From Candidatus Stercoripulliclostridium sp. (lineage in GTDB: Bacteria > Bacillota > Clostridia > Christensenellales > DTU072), in contig JAZRAN010000154.1 of NCBI GenBank assembly GCA_045634605.1, forward strand, positions 1 through 35,776: a DNA stretch of 35,776 nucleotides. The letters are read 5' to 3'. Below the pieces are notes generated by a model that searched no databases, was not told the origin of the DNA, and saw nothing but the letters and a program-made list of their open reading frames with translations. The translations under genes and the position numbers were made by a program. Within the stretch, counting starts at the first letter, position 1, and each line of letters begins with the position of its first letter. Below are positions 1 through 7,988 of the stretch, piece by piece.

Positions 1-1092
1 ACCGCTTGCAGATACGCCATGTACGTTTGCGCCTTCCACAAATCCTACTATGCCACCATAGTAAACTTGAGAAGTAGGCTCTGCATATGAGCCGAACAAA
101 CTATCCCACATGTTGCCGGTATATTCTATTTCATAGTTAACGATAGTTCCAATGGAACTACAATTTCTGATTTCGCACCTTGTAGTTTGTCCGTTTTCGT
201 TAGCTTCGCCTTGGAATGCCCAACCTACTATACCGCCAACGTAGAAACGAGATGCGTCGCCATCCATCTTGATTTCGTAATCAACCAAATTCAAATTGGT
301 AACGGTGCCGGTTACTTTTCCAAACAAACCTACGGGGACGTAGTTGAAATCGGGGTCTGCATCGTGGTCGGTAACTACTATTTCCATACCCCTAATTTCG
401 TATCCGTTGCCGTCAAACGCGCCCGAGAATTCTTCACCGACTTTGCCTGCGATAGGTAACCAGCTGTGTTCGTACATAATTTTTAGTTTGTCGGCTTCTT
501 CTCGCATTTCTTCTTCGCTATCGTAGTCGTCTACTTTTAATGCGTGCTCGTCTGCGTATGCGTAGTGGTCAAAATCGCTTAGGTCGATGTTTGCCGTCAA
601 TCTATACGAACCTGCAAGGTTGTTTCCTATTGCTACGAGATCTTCCACACTATCAACGTCTTGGACGGACGTGCTAACCCATTTTGCGTATAGGGTAATG
701 ATTATGGTATTGGGATTAACTTCATCTTTTTGTCCGTATTCTTCGGCAAGAGCAAAGAAGTCTTTCGCGTTCATTCTTGCTACCGGAACGCCGGAGAAAT
801 CCGTTTTAGTAAAATACCATCCGCCGAACGCAAACCCGGGATGATATGCTTGGTTAGGAGATTTTAGCGTGGTTAGGTTAATGCTATCTTGCGTACCTTC
901 GGCTAGTTTTTCGATAACACCTTCTGCCGTTTGCGTATCGCCCTTGATGACGTAAGAGAAAAGATATTCTTCCCCTTCTCCATCATTAAGCGCGGGGTTA
1001 GCGTTAGCCCCGTTTGATAGGCATCCCACCAATGAGCAGAACACCGCTAAAACCAGAATTGTCGAAATTAGAATTAACCTTAAGTTACGCAT
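1..1092 (-). CDS. Surface lipoprotein with a Listeria-Bacteroides-type repeat and a GLUG-motif domain; the 3' end runs off the window (364 codons visible)
   Basis: It is absent from the supplied track because it has no stop in the window. My own translation of the minus strand from ATG 1092-1090 stays open to base 1: MRNLRLILISTILVLAVFCSLVGC (lipobox LVGC) ... PGFAFGGWYFTKTDFSG ... VEDLVAIGNNLAGSYRLTANIDLSDF ... FSGAFDGNGYEIRGMEI ... VGLFGKVTGTV ... VGGIVGWAF ... YGGIVGFVEG. AGGAG lies 5 nt upstream of the ATG. Confidence 0.8.
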   Translation of the reverse strand, partial: MRNLRLILISTILVLAVFCSLVGCLSNGANANPALNDGEGEEYLFSYVIKGDTQTAEGVIEKLAEGTQDSINLTTLKSPNQAYHPGFAFGGWYFTKTDFSGVPVARMNAKDFFALAEEYGQKDEVNPNTIIITLYAKWVSTSVQDVDSVEDLVAIGNNLAGSYRLTANIDLSDFDHYAYADEHALKVDDYDSEEEMREEADKLKIMYEHSWLPIAGKVGEEFSGAFDGNGYEIRGMEIVVTDHDADPDFNYVPVGLFGKVTGTVTNLNLVDYEIKMDGDASRFYVGGIVGWAFQGEANENGQTTRCEIRNCSSIGTIVNYEIEYTGNMWDSLFGSYAEPTSQVYYGGIVGFVEGANVHGVSASG

Positions 1093-1121
1093 ACGCACTC
1101 CTAAATACTATATACGCGTAT

Positions 1122-1150
1122 ATTGTAACATACACGCGCAAGTAAATCAA
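1122..1150 (-). promoter_or_regulatory. Sigma-70-type promoter for the lipoprotein gene
   Basis: The minus strand reads TTGATT (1150-1145), 17 nt, TACAAT (1127-1122), with a TGt extended -10. It sits about 30 nt upstream of the ATG at 1092. Confidence 0.5.
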
Positions 1151-1182
1151 GTACAAATTTTATTAGAACGCGACTTTTTTAT

Positions 1183-1216
1183 GAAACGAAAAAAAGAAAA
1201 GGAGTAATTACTCCTT
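1183..1216 (-). terminator. Rho-independent terminator of the ATP-grasp gene
   Basis: An 18-nt perfect palindrome AAGGAGTAATTACTCCTT (1199-1216) contains the TAA stop codon (1208-1210). On the minus strand it is followed by TTCTTTTTTTCG. Confidence 0.6.
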
Positions 1217-2044
1217 GACTATCGCTAAAATTCTTTCCGCATAGGCTCTTGCAACGTTTACTCCGCTAGCCTTTTCTATACCCTTAAAGAAAGCGTTAGA
1301 GTTGACTTCCAACACGTAATACGCGCCGTCTTCATCTTGCACAAAATCTATTCCACAGTATTCCAAATTTAACTTTTGGGATACCTTAACAGCCATTTCT
1401 TCGACACTGCGGGGAACTTCCGCAGCGTACCCTTTTCCACCTTGCTCTACGTTGGAACGGAAGTCGCTCAAGTTGACTCTTTCCATTGCGCAAACAACCT
1501 TTTTTCCAACTACTATTACCCTTAGGTCACGGCCACGCGAAAAAGAAATAAATTTTTGATAAAGATGTGGTAGCGTCCTATATTCTTCTATTTTTGCTTT
1601 TAGCTCTTCCCTACTCTTTACCAAGAAAACTCCTTCTCCGCGAGAGTGCTTGTTCAGTTTGAGCACTAGGGGATAACCAAGAGTATTTCCTATTGAGTCA
1701 AGCTCGTCGTCGCTTACGGGCGCGGTTGAGTAACAAAACGAAGAAGGTAGGGTTAACGGCTGATTAACTACTCCTTTAAGCGCAAGATACGTGAGCATTT
1801 TGTCGTCGCAAATCTCTATTGCGGTTGCAGAGTTAAATAGGCGTACGCCGTCTAATTCCAACGCCCTTGCGGAGTAAATATCCTTGTCTAAAAACACGCA
1901 AAAATCAACGCCCGCCGGTTGTTGTCCCACACGGTTGCGAACGATGGGCACGTCAAAACCAAGTAGAGAAAATTCTTCCCTTAACCTTTCCGCTTGATGC
2001 TCCCCTATTCCGCTAAATGCATTTATTAGTATTGCGCCTTTCAT
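1208..2044 (-). CDS. ATP-grasp enzyme, RimK-family alpha-L-glutamate-ligase-like (278 aa)
   Basis: The size and layout fit RimK-type ATP-grasp proteins: an N-terminal pre-ATP-grasp region, then GYPLVLKLNKHSRGEGVFLV, RDLRVIVVG, and the C-terminal metal/ATP segment CGIDFVQDEDGAYYVLEVNSN. Confidence 0.8.
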   Translation of the reverse strand: MKGAILINAFSGIGEHQAERLREEFSLLGFDVPIVRNRVGQQPAGVDFCVFLDKDIYSARALELDGVRLFNSATAIEICDDKMLTYLALKGVVNQPLTLPSSFCYSTAPVSDDELDSIGNTLGYPLVLKLNKHSRGEGVFLVKSREELKAKIEEYRTLPHLYQKFISFSRGRDLRVIVVGKKVVCAMERVNLSDFRSNVEQGGKGYAAEVPRSVEEMAVKVSQKLNLEYCGIDFVQDEDGAYYVLEVNSNAFFKGIEKASGVNVARAYAERILAIVKE

Positions 2045-2050
2045 ACTTGT

Positions 2051-2079
2051 ATTTTAGCACAAAGGAAACAAACTTTCAA
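2051..2079 (-). promoter_or_regulatory. Candidate promoter for the ATP-grasp gene, possibly giving a leaderless mRNA
   Basis: The minus strand reads TTGAAA (2079-2074), 17 nt, TGcTAAAAT (-10 at 2056-2051). Only 6 nt (ACAAGT) separate the -10 from ATG 2044-2042, and there is no Shine-Dalgarno. Confidence 0.4.
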
Positions 2080-2110
2080 TGCAAATCCATTATTCCGTCA
2101 AAATTCCGTA

Positions 2111-2139
2111 TTGACTAGTTGTTAAATATGTTTTATACT
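2111..2139 (+). promoter_or_regulatory. Promoter of the transketolase operon
   Basis: TTGACT (2111-2116), 17 nt, TATACT (2134-2139). AAGGAG at 2159-2164 precedes ATG 2172. Confidence 0.55.
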
Positions 2140-2171
2140 TTTAGTATAATGTCAAAATAAGGAGATTATGT

Positions 2172-3002
2172 ATGCCTAAAAACGTTACGGTAGACGAGCT
2201 CAAAGCAAAAGCCAAAGAGTTGCGTCTTAATATCATCAAAACCGCAAACTACGCAGGCTCAGGTCACGTAGGCGGTTCTTTGAGCGCAGCGGACGTACTT
2301 GCCGCGCTATACTTCAAGTATCTTAACGTAGACAAAGACAATCCTGATATGTTCGAAAGAGATAGGTTTATCCTTTCCAAAGGTCACTGCGCGCTTGCTT
2401 ACGTTCCTACGCTTGCCATGGCGGGATTCGTACCAATGGAATCACTTGAACACTTTAACCACTATGAATCGGCCTACGGAATGCACCCGGACAGCAGAAA
2501 AATACGTGGATGCGACGCATCGACAGGCTCGCTTGGTCACGGACTCCCGATGGGCGTTGGTATGGCGTTAGGGCTCCGCTACCAAGGAAATACGGATTCC
2601 AAAGTCGTAGTTTTGATGGGTGACGGCGAACAAAACGAAGGCTCGGTTTGGGAAGCTGCAATGGCAGGAGCGCACTATAAACTAGAAAACCTTATCGCAA
2701 TAGTAGACCGCAACAAACTAATGATAGACGGACCTACCGAAGAAGTTATGGGCATAGACCCCCTAGACAAAAAGTACGAAGCATTCGGTTGGCACGTTAT
2801 AGTATGTAATGGTAACGATATGGCGGACGTAGACAGAGCGCTCGGCGAAGCGTGGGAAAAGAAGGGTAAGCCCGTAGCAATCATTTCCAACACGGAAAAG
2901 GGTTATGGTGTAAAACGCTTCCAAGGCAAAGTTCCGTGGCACTACGGCTCCATGAACTCCGACCTATACAAAGAAGCTATCGCAGACATAGAAAGTCTAT
3001 AA
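2172..3002 (+). CDS. tkt: Transketolase, N-terminal (thiamine-diphosphate-binding) subunit
   Basis: 276 aa. It carries the TPP-binding motif GDGEQNEGSVWEAAMAGAHYKLENLIAIVDRN, plus SKGHCALAYV and GSLGHGLP, all typical of the split transketolase N-subunit. Confidence 0.95.
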   Translation: MPKNVTVDELKAKAKELRLNIIKTANYAGSGHVGGSLSAADVLAALYFKYLNVDKDNPDMFERDRFILSKGHCALAYVPTLAMAGFVPMESLEHFNHYESAYGMHPDSRKIRGCDASTGSLGHGLPMGVGMALGLRYQGNTDSKVVVLMGDGEQNEGSVWEAAMAGAHYKLENLIAIVDRNKLMIDGPTEEVMGIDPLDKKYEAFGWHVIVCNGNDMADVDRALGEAWEKKGKPVAIISNTEKGYGVKRFQGKVPWHYGSMNSDLYKEAIADIESL

Positions 3003-3014
3003 GGAGAAAAAATT

Positions 3015-4022
3015 ATGGCAGAAGGCACTACTTGGACAACTTACGACGCTAATAAGATGACGTCAAAAGAAATATATGGTAAGGTTCTTGCCGAGCTAGG
3101 CGAAACCAACAATAAAATCGTAGGAGTGACGGCAGACCTTGCTAAATCCACTAACATAGGCAACTTTGGCGATAGATTCCCGGAACGACTATTCAACGTA
3201 GGCATTGCGGAGCAAGACCTATTTGGCGTTGCTGCAGGATTGGCTAAGACGGGACTTATCCCCTTCGCATCCACTTTCGCAATTTTTGCTTGCTTGCGTG
3301 GTGGCGAACAAATCAGAACGGATATTGCATACCAAAATCTACCCGTAAAAGTTATTGCGACCCACGGCGGACTGAGTTTCGGTCCCGCAGGCTCTACCCA
3401 CCACTGCATAGAAGACTACGCAATTATGCGCGCTATACCTAATATGACGGTAGTTATCCCTGCGGACGGTTTTGAAACCGCCAAAGCAGTACGCGCTTGC
3501 GTAGATATCGATGGACCTTTCTATATGCGTGTTGGTCGTGGCTTTGAACCACCAATGCACGATAACGAAGATTTTGACTTTGAAATCGGCAAGGCAATGA
3601 TGCTAAAAGACGGTAGCGACATAACCGTTATAACTTGCGGTATCCCTACTCTCCAAGCAAGAGAAGCGGCAAAGGACCTAGAAGCGGAAGGTATTAGCGT
3701 AAGGGTACTAAATATGCACACTCTAAAGCCCATTGATAAAGAAGCGATTATGCAAGCGGTAGTAGATACAAGACGTATTCTTACCGTAGAAGAACATAAC
3801 GTTATAGGCGGTCTGGGCGATGCGGTCGCAGCGGTTATTGCGGAAAGCGGTAAGGGTTGCGCATTTACCAAACTAGGTATCCCGGACGAATATGGTGTAA
3901 TCGGTTATCCCGAAGATTTGTATGCAAGATATAAGCTAGACTCGACAGGCATTGCGGAAACCGTAAAAGAACTACTCGGCAAAGAAATAGAAGCCGACGA
4001 AGATTGGGAAGACGAAGATTAA
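3015..4022 (+). CDS. tkt: Transketolase, C-terminal (pyrimidine-binding) subunit
   Basis: 335 aa, with RLFNVGIAEQDLFGVAAGLA, THGGLSFGPAGSTHHCIEDYAIMRAIPNM and VRVLNMHTLKPIDKEAI. The RBS is AAGGAG and the gene sits 12 nt after the N-subunit stop. It ends in an acidic tail, EADEDWEDED. Confidence 0.95.
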   Translation: MAEGTTWTTYDANKMTSKEIYGKVLAELGETNNKIVGVTADLAKSTNIGNFGDRFPERLFNVGIAEQDLFGVAAGLAKTGLIPFASTFAIFACLRGGEQIRTDIAYQNLPVKVIATHGGLSFGPAGSTHHCIEDYAIMRAIPNMTVVIPADGFETAKAVRACVDIDGPFYMRVGRGFEPPMHDNEDFDFEIGKAMMLKDGSDITVITCGIPTLQAREAAKDLEAEGISVRVLNMHTLKPIDKEAIMQAVVDTRRILTVEEHNVIGGLGDAVAAVIAESGKGCAFTKLGIPDEYGVIGYPEDLYARYKLDSTGIAETVKELLGKEIEADEDWEDED

Positions 4023-4035
4023 TAAGGAGAGAAGT

Positions 4036-4992
4036 ATGAGTAATATAGCCGAAAAGAACGACGTTCTTGCTGCCAAGTTATACTTTACAGCGGCTTTTCC
4101 CGTAATGAAAATACCGCTAACCGAAGACCCAAAGCAAGTAAAGAAGTTCGAAAAAATAAACGCCGTAGTAGAGTTTAGGGCAAAGGATGATGAAAATCCC
4201 CTTGCTTGCCACGTAGTTTTCCTAACGGAAAGCAAGGTGGAAGAACTTAACGCTAAACTAAAAGCGGAAGCCGAAAATCCGGATGAAATAAAGGAATTAA
4301 AGCGCTTCAAGGTATACCAAGGAGAATATGACGGCCGATTCGAAGGAGTAGAGCATATACTACTAGAGTTCAAGTCGATAAAGAGTTTGCTAGGTGTATT
4401 CAAGGGCAATACTCCGCTAGAAATGCTTGGCATAGTAATGCCACTCATCAAGAATATTACCAAGAAAGCAATGCTTCCCTTCCTATTCTTGATGTTGACG
4501 CTAACAAAGATGATGCCCAACAACAACCCCAGTGACCAAAAGCCTTGGGAACAATACCTAAAGGTTAAGATGTCCCTTTATATGATTACTACCGCTATGA
4601 GTAGGGCCACTAAATTCGGTTGGGAACCCTTGGTTCTTTGGACGGCAAAACAAACGGACAGAATATACCAATTCAAAGTAGGAGCAACTTACGACAAAAA
4701 CGGCAAAGAAATCTATCCCCCTATCTACGCCTATCTTCGCGTAAAGGCGGGCAAGACAAAGGCAGGTCGTGGCGAATACGAAAGAAAGCGTCCATTTGTT
4801 TTGTTTGATTTCGCTAACCCCGATGGATGCCTAGCCGTTCTTTCCGGCAGATACGAATTCGTAGAAGCGGCAACACGCGGATGCGTTGCAATCGTAGGAG
4901 CAGGCGACTCATATGCAGTCCAATTCAACAATCTAATGACAAAACTACAAAATATGCTAATCCCATCCAAGTTCGTTGATGAAATAGAATAA
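4036..4992 (+). CDS. Hypothetical protein (318 aa) co-transcribed with the transketolase subunits
   Basis: AAGGAG RBS, ATG 13 nt after the tktC stop, and a terminator directly downstream. I recognise no motifs. There is a central hydrophobic stretch, AMLPFLFLMLTLTKMM. Confidence 0.7.
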   Translation: MSNIAEKNDVLAAKLYFTAAFPVMKIPLTEDPKQVKKFEKINAVVEFRAKDDENPLACHVVFLTESKVEELNAKLKAEAENPDEIKELKRFKVYQGEYDGRFEGVEHILLEFKSIKSLLGVFKGNTPLEMLGIVMPLIKNITKKAMLPFLFLMLTLTKMMPNNNPSDQKPWEQYLKVKMSLYMITTAMSRATKFGWEPLVLWTAKQTDRIYQFKVGATYDKNGKEIYPPIYAYLRVKAGKTKAGRGEYERKRPFVLFDFANPDGCLAVLSGRYEFVEAATRGCVAIVGAGDSYAVQFNNLMTKLQNMLIPSKFVDEIE

Positions 4993-4995
4993 ACT

Positions 4996-5023
4996 AAAAG
5001 AGGCTCGAAAGAGCGTCTTTTTT
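4996..5023. terminator. Bidirectional terminator between the converging tkt operon and trkAH
   Basis: AAAA-GAGGCTC-GAAA-GAGCGTC-TTTTTT. The stem is 5000-5006 / 5011-5017 (6 of 7 pairs) with a GNRA loop. An A-tract upstream and a T-tract downstream let it work on both strands. Confidence 0.6.
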
Positions 5024-5123
5024 ATAGCCATTAAGTTGAGAATTTTTAGTTTATGCCGTAGGTCGCAATTTCTACGCACTTAAACGCGTTAGTTTGTGAA
5101 GTAGGTCGCCAAAATAACGTGTT

Positions 5124-6569
5124 TTACTTGCGCCAGGTTGAAGGCGAGAACAATAACAACATCGGGAATATCTCCAAGCGTCCTGCTAACATATCAAGCG
5201 ATAATATGATTTTACTAAATATGCTATATTCACTATAATTGCCCGTTGCTCCGACAAGTTCAAAGCCGGGACCAATATTATTGAAACAAGCAATTACCGC
5301 AGAAACGTTAGTTTCAAATCCGCCGTATCCTTCTATGGATATCAAAAGTATAGAAACTACTATTATTCCTACGTAAGCTACCAAATACGCCTTCGTATTA
5401 CGTATGGTGTCTTCACTAAGTACGTCTCCGTCCAATTTGGTTTTTATTACTTGCCTAGGATGGAGCATCTTTCTCATATCCGTTACGGACGACTTGGAAA
5501 GTATAAGCATACGACTAATCTTAAATCCACCTGCCGTTGAGCCTGCGCAAGAACCTATTATCATTAGCATAAAGAGTATTATCTTAGCAAAAGTAGGCCA
5601 TGCATTAAAATCGGCAGTAGAATATCCGGTAGTAGAAATTATAGTATTAACTTGGAAGAAAGAGTACCTTAGCGCTTGTCCAAAGTTGTCATATAATTTC
5701 ATTATATCCAGCGCGATTACAAGCGTTGCTACTATAACTATAATAAAGTACGCGCGAACTTCTTCCATCTTGATAATTTCGCTAAACTTACCTATCAAGA
5801 TGAGATAATATACGTTAAAGTTTATGCCGAACAAGAACATAAACACGGCTATGACCATCTCGAAATAAGTATTGTCATAGTACCCAACAGACGCATTATA
5901 AATACCAAATCCACCGGTGCCTGCGGTGCCTACGGCGTGGCATATTGCATCAAATACGGGCATTTTACCTGCAACCAAGAAAATAAAACAAGCAATGGTA
6001 AGTACAATATAAATTGCGTATAATATTCGCGCGGTAATTCGCATTTTAGAAACGATTTTACCAACGTTTGGTCCCGTAGACTCCGCACGCAATATATGCA
6101 TACTGCCACCTTCTTGGTTAGGTAATAGCGCAAGGACAAAAACAAGTATTCCCATACCACCTATCCAGTGGCTAAACGAACGCCAAAAGAGCATAGAGTG
6201 AGAAAGAGCTTCTACGTCCGTAAGTATGCTTGCCCCGGTTGTAGTAAAGCCGGAAACCGACTCGAACACAGCGTCCACAAACGATGGGATTTGTCCGCTT
6301 ATGGCAAATGGAACTGCTCCCATTAGGGAAACCATAACCCATGCAAGAGCAGTTATAACAAACCCTTCTCTTGCATACAAAAGCATTTCTTTGGGCTTCA
6401 CAAAAACAACAATTGGGATACTAATTGCCAATAAACTTATGGTTGGGATTAGGAAATAAAGCCAATCTCCTTCTCCATAAATTAGGTCAACGATAATAGG
6501 AAAGCACATAAGTATTGCTTCCAAGAAAAATATTCTTCCTATTACGTTTACGACTGCTCTATAATTCAT
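5124..6569 (-). CDS. trkH: Trk-type K+ uptake membrane subunit TrkH
   Basis: 481 aa and polytopic. Repeated pore-loop signatures are present (SGFTTTGAS, VGTAGTGGFG, ISTTGYST, GSTAGGFK). It starts 2 nt after the trkA stop. Confidence 0.9.
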   Translation of the reverse strand: MNYRAVVNVIGRIFFLEAILMCFPIIVDLIYGEGDWLYFLIPTISLLAISIPIVVFVKPKEMLLYAREGFVITALAWVMVSLMGAVPFAISGQIPSFVDAVFESVSGFTTTGASILTDVEALSHSMLFWRSFSHWIGGMGILVFVLALLPNQEGGSMHILRAESTGPNVGKIVSKMRITARILYAIYIVLTIACFIFLVAGKMPVFDAICHAVGTAGTGGFGIYNASVGYYDNTYFEMVIAVFMFLFGINFNVYYLILIGKFSEIIKMEEVRAYFIIVIVATLVIALDIMKLYDNFGQALRYSFFQVNTIISTTGYSTADFNAWPTFAKIILFMLMIIGSCAGSTAGGFKISRMLILSKSSVTDMRKMLHPRQVIKTKLDGDVLSEDTIRNTKAYLVAYVGIIVVSILLISIEGYGGFETNVSAVIACFNNIGPGFELVGATGNYSEYSIFSKIILSLDMLAGRLEIFPMLLLFSPSTWRK

Positions 6570-6571
6570 AA

Positions 6572-7924
6572 CTATCTAATAATATCTTCTAGTTCGCTTA
6601 CGTTCTTTTCGGTTGTAACAACCAAAACTTTGTCCCCTTCCATAAATGCGGTATCGCCCGTAGGAATAATGAATTCTCCGTCCCTAACTATACCGTTAAC
6701 AAGGAAGTTCTTCTTTACGTTAAGTTCTTTTAGCGGTACTCCCTTGTAGCCAAAAGAAGAAGTAACGGGAAATTCCAAGGCTTCCACCTTATCGTGTATC
6801 TTATAAAGTTGATTTATGCGCGCCTTACCTTCGTTAGCAATTTCTCTAACAAATCTAACAACGGAAGATGCTATAACCCTTCTTGGACTCAATACGGAAT
6901 CTAGCCCCAAGTGGCTTACCATTTGTCCTATGGTCGGACGATCTACCTTAGTAATAACTTTGGCAACCTTCTTTCTTGTTGCATAAAGAGAAACTATAAC
7001 GTTTTCTTCATCCATTCCAGTAAGCGTTACTACGGCGTTACATCTGTCGATGCCTTCTTCATCCAGCACTTCGTGGTCAGTACCGTCACCATGCAAAATA
7101 GTAGCTTCGGGAAGTTCTTCGCTAAGCCACTCGCATCTTGCTTCGTCTTTCTCTATAATCTTTACGCTAACCTTTCTTTCAATTAGCTCTTTTGCGAGAT
7201 AATACGCTATCTTGCCACCACCGATTATGAATACAGAACGCGCCCTGCGACGGAAAGTTTGGGTTTTTTTGGAAAAGTCCGTTATGCCCTTTTCACTTGC
7301 AGTAATGTGTATAACGTCGCCTTCTTGTATAACGAAATCGCCCCTTGGAATATAAACCTTGTTCTCTCTTATAACTGCGCTAAACAGTATGCTTACCTTA
7401 AGGTCACGGTTTAGGTCCATGACGGTCTTACCTATCATGGGATTGTCTTTTTTGACCTTTGTTTCTATCATAACGGCAGCGCCGTCTGCAAAAGTTTCTA
7501 CGTTAATTGCGGAAGGGAAGGATAAAATTTCCGCGATTTCTTGCGCTGTACGACGTTCCGGATTAAACCACATATCTATGTCCAGTTCGCCCTTCATATA
7601 TTCCATTTCCATAAAATACTCAGGGTCACGAACACGAGCAATAGTGTGCGCCGCGCCTATCTTCTTTGCGAGCATGCAACACAAAATGTTAAGTTCATCA
7701 CGAGAAGTACAAGCTATCACAAAGTCGGCGTCCGCAACGCCGGCTTCTTCCAAAATCATCCTATCTGCGCCACCACCGCAAACGCCCATTACGTCATAAC
7801 GATTTACGACTTGCTCAACAATCTTAGCATCCTTATCTACTATAACGATATCGTGCTCTTCTTTTGATAGTTTTTCTACGAGCGTTGCGCCTATTTTACC
7901 GGCTCCTACTATAACGAGTTTCAT
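6572..7924 (-). CDS. trkA: Trk system NAD-binding regulatory subunit TrkA (tandem RCK)
   Basis: 450 aa with two Rossmann G-loops (VIVGAGKIGATL and FIIGGGKIAYYL), each followed by an RCK_C-like segment. The RBS is GGAG. Confidence 0.9.
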   Translation of the reverse strand: MKLVIVGAGKIGATLVEKLSKEEHDIVIVDKDAKIVEQVVNRYDVMGVCGGGADRMILEEAGVADADFVIACTSRDELNILCCMLAKKIGAAHTIARVRDPEYFMEMEYMKGELDIDMWFNPERRTAQEIAEILSFPSAINVETFADGAAVMIETKVKKDNPMIGKTVMDLNRDLKVSILFSAVIRENKVYIPRGDFVIQEGDVIHITASEKGITDFSKKTQTFRRRARSVFIIGGGKIAYYLAKELIERKVSVKIIEKDEARCEWLSEELPEATILHGDGTDHEVLDEEGIDRCNAVVTLTGMDEENVIVSLYATRKKVAKVITKVDRPTIGQMVSHLGLDSVLSPRRVIASSVVRFVREIANEGKARINQLYKIHDKVEALEFPVTSSFGYKGVPLKELNVKKNFLVNGIVRDGEFIIPTGDTAFMEGDKVLVVTTEKNVSELEDIIR

Positions 7925-7952
7925 ATTTCTCCTTAACTAATAAAGTATTATG

Positions 7953-7981
7953 ATGATACATCATAATAACCATAGTGTCAA
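7953..7981 (-). promoter_or_regulatory. Promoter of trkA-trkH
   Basis: The minus strand reads TTGACA (7981-7976), 17 nt, TATCAT (7958-7953). The predicted 5' UTR is about 22 nt and contains the RBS. Confidence 0.5.
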
Positions 7982-7988
7982 CACATTT

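Noticed and set aside
187-844. Three plus-strand ORFs at 187-459, 344-526 and 587-844.
   Set aside because: They lie antisense to the 364-codon open minus-strand lipoprotein frame, which has a lipobox, an RBS, a promoter and clear domain motifs. The plus-strand products have none of these.
3972-4526. A 184-aa minus-strand ORF overlapping the end of tktC and the 318-aa gene. Similar antisense ORFs occur in tkt (2455-3871), trkH (5404-5808, 6226-6459), trkA (6911-7867), the mannosidase, the pot genes and the glmM fusion.
   Set aside because: All lie antisense to well-supported genes. Their sequences are serine- or leucine-rich and low-complexity, and they have no RBS or motifs.
5058-5109. The 9-nt direct repeat GTAGGTCGC occurs at 5058-5066 and 5101-5109 in the ~100-nt spacer between the shared terminator and the trkH stop. 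An AACGCGTT palindrome lies between the two copies.
   Set aside because: It is short, has only two copies, and has no associated hairpin with a T-tract, ORF or known motif. It is most simply chance or 3'-UTR sequence. A genome-wide search would be worthwhile only if it recurs.
7925-7988. A possible c-di-AMP (ydaO/kimA-type) or other riboswitch ahead of the K+ uptake operon.
   Set aside because: The intergenic region is only 64 nt and the predicted 5' UTR about 22 nt. That is far too short for such a riboswitch, and no conserved riboswitch structure is visible.
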